From Euglena gracilis (Eukaryota), in NCBI GenBank assembly GCA_039621445.1, contig CP154954.1, positions 42,840,632-42,904,631 of the forward strand: DNA of 64,000 nucleotides, read 5' to 3'. Below the pieces are notes generated by a model. That model saw only the letters and a program-made list of their open reading frames with translations, searched no databases and had not been told where the DNA came from. This document shows, piece by piece, positions 11,701 to 23,700 of the stretch (positions are counted from its first letter, which is position 1; each line of letters begins with the position of its first letter). Both the position numbers and the translations under genes were made by a program.

Positions 11701-14700
11701 GTGGGGTCGAATTTTCTTCCACTCGCCAATCTTTCCTGCATCCCTGGCTGCCGTTCTGTGCCCCCCCCCCCCAAGTGGAAATCACACAAGATGACTATCC
11801 TGTTGCCCAGATTGATTCCACTTCCCGCCTGGCCGGAGAACGTCCGTCCAAAATCAGTCATCACGGCCAGAAGGCAGGTCTTCAGCCCATCCCCCATCTC
11901 CGGGCCCCGCGATAAAAAAAAAGCCACCCAGCCGGCGGGGCCGCAGGGCGCCATGCCCGCAGGGAGCCGCCCTGCTGGTGGACCATCCAGTCCGCGCACT
12001 CCAGCGCCGCCCGGCACGCATGGTACTCGTGGTCCTTGACGGGGGACGGGGCGTTCCAGAAGGCCATGACGCAGTCACCGGCAGGCGATGGGCCGGGGCT
12101 TTGTTGTCCAGAAATGCCGGTCTTGAAAAGCAGGGGATGCCGGTGTTCACGGTTGTCAAAAACGACAAAGGAAAGGACGTCGCCGGGAAATAAATGAAAC
12201 GCACACAACCAGCACCCTTCACAGCCCTCCACCCATTACCCCACAACGATGTCATCCCGTTTCTGTGCATTACATCCTTTGATCCTGAAATCTCTTTGGT
12301 AAAGGAAACACTGGCTGAAATCAACAGCAAATAACTGCGGACAAAGAGCAATCCCTCGTCCAGGAAACCATGAGTATCAAAGAGAAGCAGGGTGACGCCC
12401 ACCACACACGAATATGGTGGGTGGTGCCAGAGTGAGATGCTTCTCCAGCGGGTCTAACACAGCACTCCAAACCCATGCATATGGTCTGGGGCCAAGGCCC
12501 ACCCTGGCCGCCGATGTACTTGTCGATTACCCCGCGGCGCCGCACGATGATGGAGGACAGCTCCTCGAAGAACGCGCCGATGCTCTCCACCAGCTGGGCC
12601 CAGGGATCGGCAACAAACACTCCCCACCCCCCACGCCACCAAAAAAACAAAGCAGAAAAACAAATGCGAACCGCCACCGAACTACCCTGTATTCAGCCTC
12701 AGAACAAAGTGCTCTAATTCTGCTAAGGCCTGGAGCACTGGTGGGCGTGGATTTACCTCGCCAGGTCGGGGAAAACCGCTGCAGACCATTTTTCAAAGCC
12801 CAGCGGGGGGGGGGGTATTTGCAAAAGGAGGGCATTGCAGGAAGTAATCTATCCTGAGACAATTTTGGTGCACAGGGCGAAGCGCCAAGCTGAAAGACCT
12901 GCCTCCCAAAATCCTTCCTGGAGACAGTCCCCTCCTGGAGTCAGTCTGGCCCTCCTGGTAGGTAGGTGGAGGTTTGGTCCGGACCCCCCTCCAATCTAGG
13001 AGGGGGGGGGGTGTCAACCCCCATCCTGGACACCCTCCATTGTCCCCAGGATTTGATCCACAAAGCTGTTGGGGCTGTTGAAAACTCATTGCAAAGAACT
13101 GATATGCTCAATCCCACGGGTAATGGGGTTGGGGAACTCTTCTTCTTTTGGTGAAAGTTTGTTCTGCCCTCAATGGCATGCGAAGACCTGACTGGGCCGC
13201 ATCGGTGGACTCGGTTAGGTTGGTAAAGTTCTCAATGTCAAGGAAGAACACTGTGGCAGCCGTTGGGGCAGAGGGGGACCAGCAAAATCTCTTCAGGAGA
13301 ATATTTTCTCCTATTTGCGACACAAATTGGAAAGAAGACATTACCCCCCCCTATGTCCAACGACCGGTAACCTCTGTCCTCTGACCGGGGGGGGGGGGGC
13401 GATCATTGGACATAGGGTAGTGACCAAAAAGGTGTCCTCTGACCAGGGGGGTGGTCGTTGGACACAGGGTCGGGGAAAAAAAAGTTTGCCAAACAGGTCA
13501 TAATTTTCCTTCCGGCGCTTCGCGCCCCCATTTCCAGCCCTGTCAACAAATATTTCCTCAAATGGCACCCAGAACGTACCTTTACGCTGCGGGATTTCAC
13601 AAAACAAAGATACCTAGTCGACAATCCCTGCATTCCATCAACCATCTTCACTGCATCATACAACCTAGCAAACACCCGAAAATGTCATGGTGGAACGTTG
13701 GGAGTGTGGTGAAGCTCCTTCGACAACCGCAAGCACTATCCCCGGTGGAGCGCTCGTAATGCACAAAACACCCCAGAGGGAACATTTTAATGGACGATGG
13801 GCTGCGGGGTAGAGGACAAGGGGGGAAGAAAAGCCTTTCAGGGCTGGCAAACCTCCGGTTTCACACACCTGCAAAAAAAACAACATCAAACCTCCGAAAA
13901 GGTGTCCTCTGACCGAGGGGGGGGGTGGTCGTTGGACATAGGGGGGGGTACAAAACGATTGCCCCATATATCTGATGGGTATGATCGTGGAGTACAGGGT
14001 GACGTATTTCATTGTTGCTGGTCACAAAAACAAGAAAAAGTCGTTTGATAGGGAGCAAGATGGTCAACGCCTGGGTTCTTGTGGTTGCAGGGGGTCACTA
14101 CGGTCCCGCCCTGGGGGGCACCATCGAGAAACCCACCGGCGTGCCGCTCTTCAGGCAGGGTTGCAGGACCTCCACCGGCAGGAACCGCGTCGGGGTAGCA
14201 GGTGGCTGCCGTGGCCCAGGGGGGCTCCTTTGGTCCTCGGGGGGGACAGACAACTCGTGAGATGTGATTTCGGAAGGTTGCATTTTTACGTTCCACCCCC
14301 CCCCCGCGCGGGGAACACGTCCACCGGTGCAAGGCAAGAATACAAACTTCTCAAGCTGGACTTTCCAACGTGAAATAGTTGTCGACCGCAGCCATCTTTA
14401 AATCTTTCCCCCAAAAAAAATGCGTAATGCACCGAAACTTATTTCCAGTCCATTGCAGCTGTACCAGGCTACACCAACTTTCAGCGACCCTCCCCTCGGG
14501 GGTCTGCAGCCTTGCTGGGAGCTGCTGGTTGGGAAAAAGTGCTCCAGCTGGAGCCCCCCCTAGTCCTTTCCACCAGAAGTGATACCCTGGTGGGTATCAT
14601 ATGACGCTCCACTAGAAATTCCATAATTTCTGACAGATTGTGCCAAGCTTCAATGTCGGCAAGAACTGATGAAACTGATCAACAAACTGAATTTATTCTT

Positions 14701-17700
14701 TGTTTTGGTTCCCAAGGATCGATTTCCTAATGCAATATTCTATAGTCACAAAACTGCACGGTTTATTTCTGGGAGGGTTTCGAGAATGCGACAAGCTGGG
14801 CTGGAAACCAGCAATGGCCGCCTGGCCACGGTGTCCAGCATGACGCGCATCTTGGCGAAGGACTCCATCATCAGGCTGAGCTCCCGCACACAGGTTCCCC
14901 GGGGCACGGCAGAGCCCACCACGTCCAGCTCCACACAGCGGTGCATGTCCCGGTTGAAAGGGGGTGCATATATTTGATGCACGGAGCCAAATGACGCACC
15001 GGAGGTCAGCTCCTGGCTGAAACAGAAAAGCTGGCGGGATCGGTGAGGCCGGACCGGCATTAGCAACGACCTGAGAGGCAAAACTTTGAGATAATTTCTT
15101 GTCATCAAAATGGTAACTTCCCCTTGTCATCAAATCAACCTTCGCTTTTGCTGAAATGTCGAAATTTCAAGAAATATCTTATAAAATTTGCTTTCCTGGA
15201 ACATGATTTTTTTAAAATAAAAAAAAGGCGCCGAAGCCTCAAAGTCCGCCAAAGCCTCTGCCGCCCCTTTGCCACGCGACCTGCCTCAGAGGGGAGGCGA
15301 TCATCTTGTTGGTGAAGAGCACCGCGACGAGGGCCACGGCGGCCAGGCTGGTGACGCTGATGATGACCAGCAGGGCCACCGACCACCGGATCGGTCCATC
15401 CACGGCGGCGGTGGGACACCTGCGAGTAGTGTGACTCAACCAGCCAGAAACTCAATCACCTGCTTGCCTACTCCGAGCTCAAGGTTCCATTTTTTAAAAA
15501 AAGAAAATGCGACACCATCTGCACTTCTTTGGTGTCATGCTGCATACCCACATCATTGATGTAAAAAGGTTACAAGAAATTTTCATTCTGGTTTTAGAAG
15601 AATCTGATAACTTGACGCTTTGAAAATTAATTAACCCTGGGCCAACCGAGAAAAAAATCCTGGGCCGACCGATAAAAAATCCAAAAGAAAGACACAAAAA
15701 ATTTAATATCCACCCCTCTGATGAAAATTGTATGGTGGGTCCCAATCTTGACTTAAAAACAATGAAGCATCTGAACTTTGATATTTTTTGAGGGAAGGCG
15801 CGTCGAAGAAACCTGAAACTGATCTTTTGGAACCTGAAAAGTGATGGTTTTTTGTTGGGGCCAATGTTGGTCAAGAAAAAATCTACAAATAAGACCTTCC
15901 CAAAATGTAAGACCCCACTAGAGGTTTCCAGCAACGGACCAAGAAATTTGGGGGAATTATAAAAAATAATACGCACTCAAACATGCACAAATATTTCATT
16001 GCAACATAATGAATGCTTCTAGACAGCTCACCTAGCTAGCCAGCCATCAATCAAAAAATAAAGATAAAAGTTGATTAATAAAGGTTGAAAATAGCAACTT
16101 ATCATGGAAGATGGCAAGTATGGCACATATGGGGGTTGAATAGAACCGAAAGAGACTCAGTCTGAAGAATTTTCAGCACGTTTTGTTAGAAGTGCCCCAC
16201 CAGGTTGAACTATGAGGGGTGGCCAGCACAAGATAATAAGGGGTGACGTCCCCGCGGGAGGAAGGCAGGGGTTGATCAAACACAGCGGTCTGGGAAGGGC
16301 TAAGACCACTCTTATGAGAGGCTGCTCTCAGGAAGAAGACACAGGCACTGTCACACATACATTCCCTTACCTACAGCAAATATATGCTTGCACCTTCCCC
16401 TGACTCCTGGCATGCAATGCAAATACAGTGGAGTGTGAATGTTGAAATGCAAGGTTTCCCTAAAGAGATGCACAGAACTGCCTCGCGCAAAAAAGCTAAA
16501 AAGCTAAATCATCAGCACCAGTGCAAAAAAAGGCACACGATGAATCAGAAGGATGTGGCGACACAACCCCGAGTAAAATTTCAATCGAATGCGGATTAAT
16601 CTGAAAGGGTGGACTGCGCATGCACGGAAGGGTTGGCCAGGGGGAACTGAGACAGCCCATCCGTTGGGCGTTGGGGGGGGGGCAGCGACCCCTGGGCGTC
16701 ACGACACGCTGCCAGCTGATGAGGAAGCTCCCAGTGGCTGTTGCCACACTGGCGGCGGTGGCCCGGGCCTCGGGAGGGGCGGCAAGCGGGGCCAGGGCCT
16801 GGTAGGTCTGGGCCACCACGGCACAGTCGGAGCCGGCGGCGGCCACCAGTTGCCCGGCGCGGTGGGTGGTGCCAGGGGCCCCGGGGGGGGGGGGGCTGTC
16901 GGGCGAGGTCGGCCGTGCCGGCCTGCCACCCACATGCGGGGCGTCGCCCCGGGAGACGGGACAGTCAGCCAAACTCCACGAACATTCCACCAAGAGCGGG
17001 CCGGCAGAGGAGCGACAACGCAATCTGGTTGCATTCTCCCAACTTGGGTTTCCTTTAGGACCCGGGGGTCCCGGCCCCCCCACCCCCTTTGGGGGCTTTG
17101 AGGGTCGATGTTTGGGACCCAAAGACTCGAGTATGCCAAAAGTCAAGGAAAAGCCCCCTCCGGGGGGTACCCACTCAGCCCATACCCGGTGGGTCATCAA
17201 AAAAAGGCTTTAAAACAATCTCTGCCCCGCCCAAAAAAACTGGCATCCAAGAGCTTGGACAGCATTGGGGACCTTCCCAATATCCCTGGCATGGCCCAAG
17301 ACCCCCAAAAGGAACCGCAACAGACTTCCACTCCAGCAATATGCTCCTGGCATCAGGCAATCTGACAGTCATGTTGGCCTTCCAGACGAGCAGGTTTCTC
17401 CTTGAAGAAGCCAAAGAGAGGGGTTTAGACCAAATCACTTGACAGTGAGCATTTTGAGGACTTTTGCATTCGAGCCATTTAATCATTAATCTGATAAACA
17501 GCCCCTCACCAAAATTGTCGCATCCAAAAACCACAATGCTAAACCCTTTCAATCCAAAAATGCCAAAAATAACGATATGTTGGAGGAAAATATGGCAGCG
17601 AGGGAGGGGATTGGTTGGGTTTTGTCTGCAAAGGCTGATTGTGGCTGTCTAATAAAAAAAATTAAAAGAAGCCAAAAAATGATGGCAACTTCAGCGGCCG

Positions 17701-20700
17701 TGGCCATGCCAGTCAAATCCGGCCACCAAAAACGGGGGCACCCCCCACCACCACTTCCCATGGGCCGTCCTTCTTCTTTGGAGGGTCGGTCATAAGGAGG
17801 AAATGATATTTCACAAAAAAGGTATTTTCTACGCCAGCTTCTGTCTGTTGCAGGTTTCTTGGCCGTTTGAATCCCCATTGGCATCTTTCCCCTCCGCTTG
17901 GCGTTCACCCTACCGACCGCTCCAGTCACAAATTGGGAATGGAAAGAGGGGGGCTAGGAAGTGTTTGAGAGACTTTGACTCTTGAGAGTGAACCTCCATC
18001 TGAATGGATAATCATTAAAATGAATTAAAGAGCAAAAAATTGGCGTCACTCTCTGAGTTATTTTCTAAAACATTTTTGCCTTCTCGACATTTTGATGGAT
18101 GGAGCTAGATGAAGGCTGGGGGGCTGTGATGGAGGAAGCTGTGATGAGGGGAAGAAATGCAAGGATAGGTGAGCTGGGCAGCCCAGTTGGCTGGCTAGCC
18201 TGCAGCCGGCTGGCCCGGCCTTCGGCTGGCTGGTACGGCCTCCGGCCGGGCTGGACCCAACGTTATTTCACTCGACCCCCCCCCCCGGGGGGCTCCCAGC
18301 CCGAATTTGGGCTGCTGGCTGGATTTGAGCTGCTGGCTGGCTGGAGCCCCCCCCCGGGGGGATAGGGTACCCTCCGGTTTAAGAAAACCCCTGGATGCAA
18401 GATACATTCATTTGTGACTTCCAACTGGCAACTGTTCAGCAGATTGTCGAGCAACTGGCTCAGGCCTCCGTTCAAGCCACTTTGGAGCGACAGGTGGACG
18501 CCTACGGTTCCGGGGAGTCCGCGGAGGGCCCCTGCCCGGCGCCGCACGTGGCGGCGATCAGCGTGCCGCGGTCGTCCACGAGGTACGCCGTGGAGGCCCC
18601 CGCCGCCCCGCCGCTGAACCGCTGCACCGCGGAGTGGAGCAGCGCCGCCCAGTCAGCCCCCAGGGCCTCGCCCCCCTCTGCTCCTCCGCCCATCCCCTGG
18701 CTGAGCAGTGGGGGGGCAGCTGTGTGCAGGGGGGAGGGGGGTCCCCCCACCCACCCACCCCCTGGGCCCCCAAGAGGGGGGGTCCCGGGGGACCCACTCA
18801 AAAAATCGCGAAAATTCCAAAAATAGCACCTTTTCAAAAAATTTTCGCGCCTTCTACACCAAAAAGTACATCCCACTCCCCGCCTGGGGGGACCCTGGGG
18901 GGGGGCTCGGCCGGACCCACCCACCCTACCCCCCCCCCCGGGTCCACGACTGAAAACAACCCTGGCTGTGTGAGTGCTGTGGTGTTGGTCGGAGGCGGTC
19001 CGCCAGGCCCTGGCCCACGTCCTGCATCCACACGAAGTGGATCACGGGGAGGCCGTCCACGCGGGTCATGCGGTACTGCCCCACCTCCGTGAAGGTCAGG
19101 GGGATGGCCCCTCGCGGCCAACCCAGGTGTTGAGCCAAAAAAAGTGATGGTGGATGTGATGATGTAATGATGAGAAAAACACGCCCGTATTTGCCTCCCC
19201 AAACTGCATCCCTCGCCGGACTCGCTCGGCCAGGGAGGAGGCGCCATGCGTGGGGCACTGCCGTCCGGCCGGTCCTCCTGCCACAGCCACGGCTCCAGCC
19301 ACTCCGCGGAGCCGTCGGTCATGTTGAAGTACCGCTCCCCCCGGTCGGACGGGGCGTCCCACGTCTCGAGGGTGGCCGGCGGCAGGGGGCCCCGTCGCCC
19401 GTGCAACGCTCGTTTGTGTCACCCCCAGTGTGACTACCGTTTGCCGGATTCAAAAAATTTCAAAAAATTGCAAAAAATTCACCGTCTTCACGGTGTCCTG
19501 CAGAACACCCTGGGCCCGAGGTTCCAGTACCGGTCCACATGATCTGGCGCAGGCAGGTACTTGTTGTCGGCCGCAGAACGTCGGGAGGGGTCCAGAACGT
19601 CGGGAAGATGGTGCTGTGGCGAAGACCATCAGGACTGAACGTTTTTTATTACCTCCCACAGTAACCTTCCCGAACCCCCCCCCCCCAACCTGCCAAGGGG
19701 TCTGGACTGCCCTGGGGTGCCCGGAACCCCCCCCAAAAGTCCAATTTTTTCCTTCTGCCGATTTTTTTTTGCAGTTTTCAGAAATTTGTCCCTGATTGCC
19801 GGTCGATTTTGGGGTGGTAAAAATGGCCATGTCCAGGTAGAAAGTGTCCTTACACCCCCCCTTTGAATGGATGGAGGTCTGGACCCCCACCTATCCTTAT
19901 ATCGAGCCCAAAATCTCCCACATGAAGCCAATCAGAAATAAATGACGCATGTGTTTCGTCATCTGTTCAGCCCAGAGTTTTTTTTAAGTTTTGTGAGCAT
20001 GGTGGGGGTGGGTGGTTGGGTGGGTCCCGGTCGAGCCCCCCCACCCCGGGGGGGGGGGGGTCGGGCTGAGTCGGACCCTGCCAGAGGCAGGGTTTTGCTC
20101 CATTTTTGGTGCGAAGCACCGAATATATTTTGGATGGTTGGGTGGGTGGGTCCGGACCCTTTTCTGTCCTTGGGAACATGGCGCGGGAGTTGGCGTTGCC
20201 GGCCATGAAATGGCACAAGTGAGCTCTCATAGTCTGCTAGGTGATAGGTGATGGGTTTGATCCCCTCATGTGCATTGGACAGGTCTTTGGGATCGCTGGG
20301 TGTCCTGTAAAGGCCAATATAATGACGATGCACAGCAAAAATTATAAAACATTTGCATTGGAACCCGATGCCTTGATGGAACATCATCAGTTACTGCAGG
20401 ACGTGGGAGGTGCCACTGCTGCCCCTCCCACGGCAACCTGGCGGTGGGGGGGGGTCCGGATCCGAACCATACCACTGGTTAGCGACTGCTGGGGGGGGGG
20501 GGGGGGGTCACTTTCAACGTTCAAAAAAACCAGTCAGTAACTATTGAAAAACCAGTAACCTGACCCCCCGGGGGGGGGTCAGTCAGCGCCGGCCATAAAC
20601 AGACAAGAAGCCTAAGTGCAACTAAGGGGGGGGGGGTCAGTCAATTTGGCCACTTTGGCTCAAAATCAATTGATTTTGGCGAAAATCCCAAGAAATGTTC

Positions 20701-23700
20701 TGGCGTCTTCAGCGAATCCTTGGTCTTCGGCGGACATTTTCGGCCAATCCTGGCCGACTCCAACAATCCCAATCCAATACCCATGATAAGGCATTGGGAT
20801 CAGGCAATGGTATGATCCGGATCCTGTTTCCCAGTCAAAAGCGGGGCGTGGGGCACCCTTCACCTAAAGCCGGTGCAGCCTCATCATGTTCAACCATGGG
20901 GTCTGGGTTCAGCGGAAAGGACCAGCCTGGGGGCGGTACATGACCGTGCTGTTTGTGAAGTGTTCCCAGAACAGGTCCCGGCGGCCGGCAAAGTCCATCC
21001 GGCTGGCGCAGAAGCTCCACGTCTTGCCCCCAGGGCAACCCCCAGCCTCAACCCCCAAGGAAAGAGTTAAAAAAAATACCCCTGGAGGCTGAAGACCTTG
21101 TGACTGTTTGCTGTGGCTTGAATGGCACGCGGCAAGCGCTGGTTCACCCTTGGGGGAAAACCCCAGCTGGATTGCACACCGGCGAACGGGGGAATGGAGC
21201 TTGGTTGCAGCATCAGGGAAACCCTCTCAGAGCAACTTGTCGGAAGACAGCAGATCCGGAGCAGGAAAGGCTCCACACAGCCCAGGTTGCAAACAGCTGG
21301 AGGCCTCCCTGCCTGACGTGGGGACTTTGTGTCGGCTTCGTTTTTATTACGTTGTTATTATCACTCACAATGCATTGGTATCTTAATCACCTTCTTTGGA
21401 AGCCTCTCGTTTGGCGCGGGTGCATGCTTGCGTTAGTCAGACAATCGGCACTCTTGGCATGCGAGAGGGCTGCCCTTGCCACCAGGCACATACTCGCGAG
21501 GGAAGATGGTGCACATGCCGCCGACGCGGTTCGCTACGCCCGCCATCCAGGGGAGCATCACCCGCTTTGGGGATGGGCTGACCTCCACTTAGCAAGGGCA
21601 TCAAAGAAAACTGCCTCATACCCCCCCCCACAGGAAACTGTCACCAGACAAGTCAGTGAGCACAGAGGCAGGAGACCGTATCAGGGCAGGGCAACCAATA
21701 TTGTACCAGAGGCCAATTCTGGGGGATCCAGTTCAGAGAGATAAAATGACTTTTTGGACTCTCCAGCTGACCGAATATCCGAAAATGCACTTTTTCTTGG
21801 ATCCATTTCTTCTGAAGATGCAGTTTTTTTTCCATATATTTTGATCGGGAGCCAGATAAACACAGAAAGTATTTTTTTCGATTCGAAATATAACCTCTTC
21901 GCCACAAAAATGTAAAAAATCCGAAAAAAGCAATAGGAAAAGAGAAATAGGAAATTGGAAATGGCCAACAGGTGCAAAGGGTGGGCAGATTTCGATGAAG
22001 ACAGGTCAACAGTCCTCGTCACATGTGGTGACGAACAGCCTGCGGCGTAGGGATGTATGGGAAGCGGAGGGGGGGTGTTCCACATAAAAAATGTAAATAT
22101 AACAAATATTAGGCATTTTTGGTTTATTTTCAAAGGAAAATCAGGGATTTTCCAATAATTTTGGCCTGTTATCCGGCCCTTTGACGGTACGCCAAAACGT
22201 CAAAAAATGGGTAATATGTTCAAAAGTGAGGAGGAAAATGTTTTTTTGCTCATTTTCTGGTGCTGTGTGCCGAAAAAAAAAACTTTCGCCATTTTTGGAA
22301 CTTGCTGAGGGGGGTCTGGGAACACCCTCCAAACTAGGGGTGGTTCCAGGTCCCCCCTGCCACCGTACCCGGGGGTTGGGGCCCCGCCCTACCACCTAAA
22401 TCAATAATGCCAGGCTTCCCATCTATCCCTGGGGGCAAGCCGGGAGGCACCAGCCTTTCATTTTTCATGCACTGCACAGAGGCTGGGCAGGGGTATGGTC
22501 GACTGGGCTGGAGGCGGAGGGGGGGGTCAGAGCGGCCCAGCCCAGGCAGGTCCGGCTCCATCACGGCACCGGACAGGTCCCCTTCCCGGTGCCGCAGCCA
22601 GGCGTCCCGGGCAGGGGGCGGGGCACGGAAACCAACCAGAAGGCTGGGGCGGGGGGCGGGGGGCACCACGCTGGGGCCAACCCCAGCCCCTGGGCCATGT
22701 AGTTGACCCAGTAGTCCGCCTCGTCCAGGGCGGCCTGGACGCGGAGGGCCAGCACGTGGAAGTGCTGCGCCGACACCTCCGCCAGCAGGTCGTACCCCAG
22801 CGCCTGCGTCTTGACGGCGCTGACCGCTGCCGCCGGGGGCCCCATTGGCCGATGGCCGGTCCCCCCATTTGTTCCGCACCGCGAGCGACCGCAGGTTCGG
22901 CCGCCACCCGGACCGCGGTCGGATTTCGCCCCTGAGCCAGACCAATCAATGGTCGCTGGGTTTGCTCATGAGGGACTTTGGGTTTGACGACCAGGCAGAC
23001 TCCAAACGAGGCTCCAGGACACAGAAACCGTGGGGACATATCAGACGGGTAGATTTCAATTTGCACGACAGAAAACAGAGAAAGCGAAACCTTAAAAATA
23101 ACACACACAATGCAGTGGAGCATTAAATGCATGTCAAAGTTATGTGGTGTGTGACGTTTCCTGTCTCCTTTCCCCATACCATTTTCACTCATTTTCAACC
23201 AATTCTTTGGATAAGCAATAAAATTGCGAAATTACATTCAGCGGTGCCCTTCCTTGCAGTTCCACAACGAACGAAGCCAGCTGGCCCCCGGGCATCACTG
23301 GGGAGGTGCTGCAGACGCTGATGAAGATGGCGAGCAAGCACGTCAGCAGCAGAACGGGGATCAGCGGCAGGCGCTGGCGGTGCCGCGACTCAGGAACAAA
23401 CAGGGGGGAGTGAGTTGCCAGCGGCACAGGAGATGGGTGGGGGATGGCAGGGACCCACGTTTGCAATTTCATTTTTAGGTCTCAGAGAAATTGGGCACTT
23501 CCTGCCAACAGTTAGAGGTATAACCCACCCGTCTTCCATGGGTGCCACTCGTCCCATCCCCACAGTCCGGTCGGACCCCCCTCCAAGCCTAAAAACATCT
23601 CTGATTGGATTGGCCGCACCTCGAACCACTGTCAGCGCTCGCTTGACACCGAAATTGGTTTGCTGACCACGTCGTGAATGTGTTCTCAGGCAGCCAAGGG

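Noticed and set aside
20170-20440. Candidate small cyclase exons
   Set aside because: No unique in-frame, stem-supported junctions could be assigned; left unresolved.
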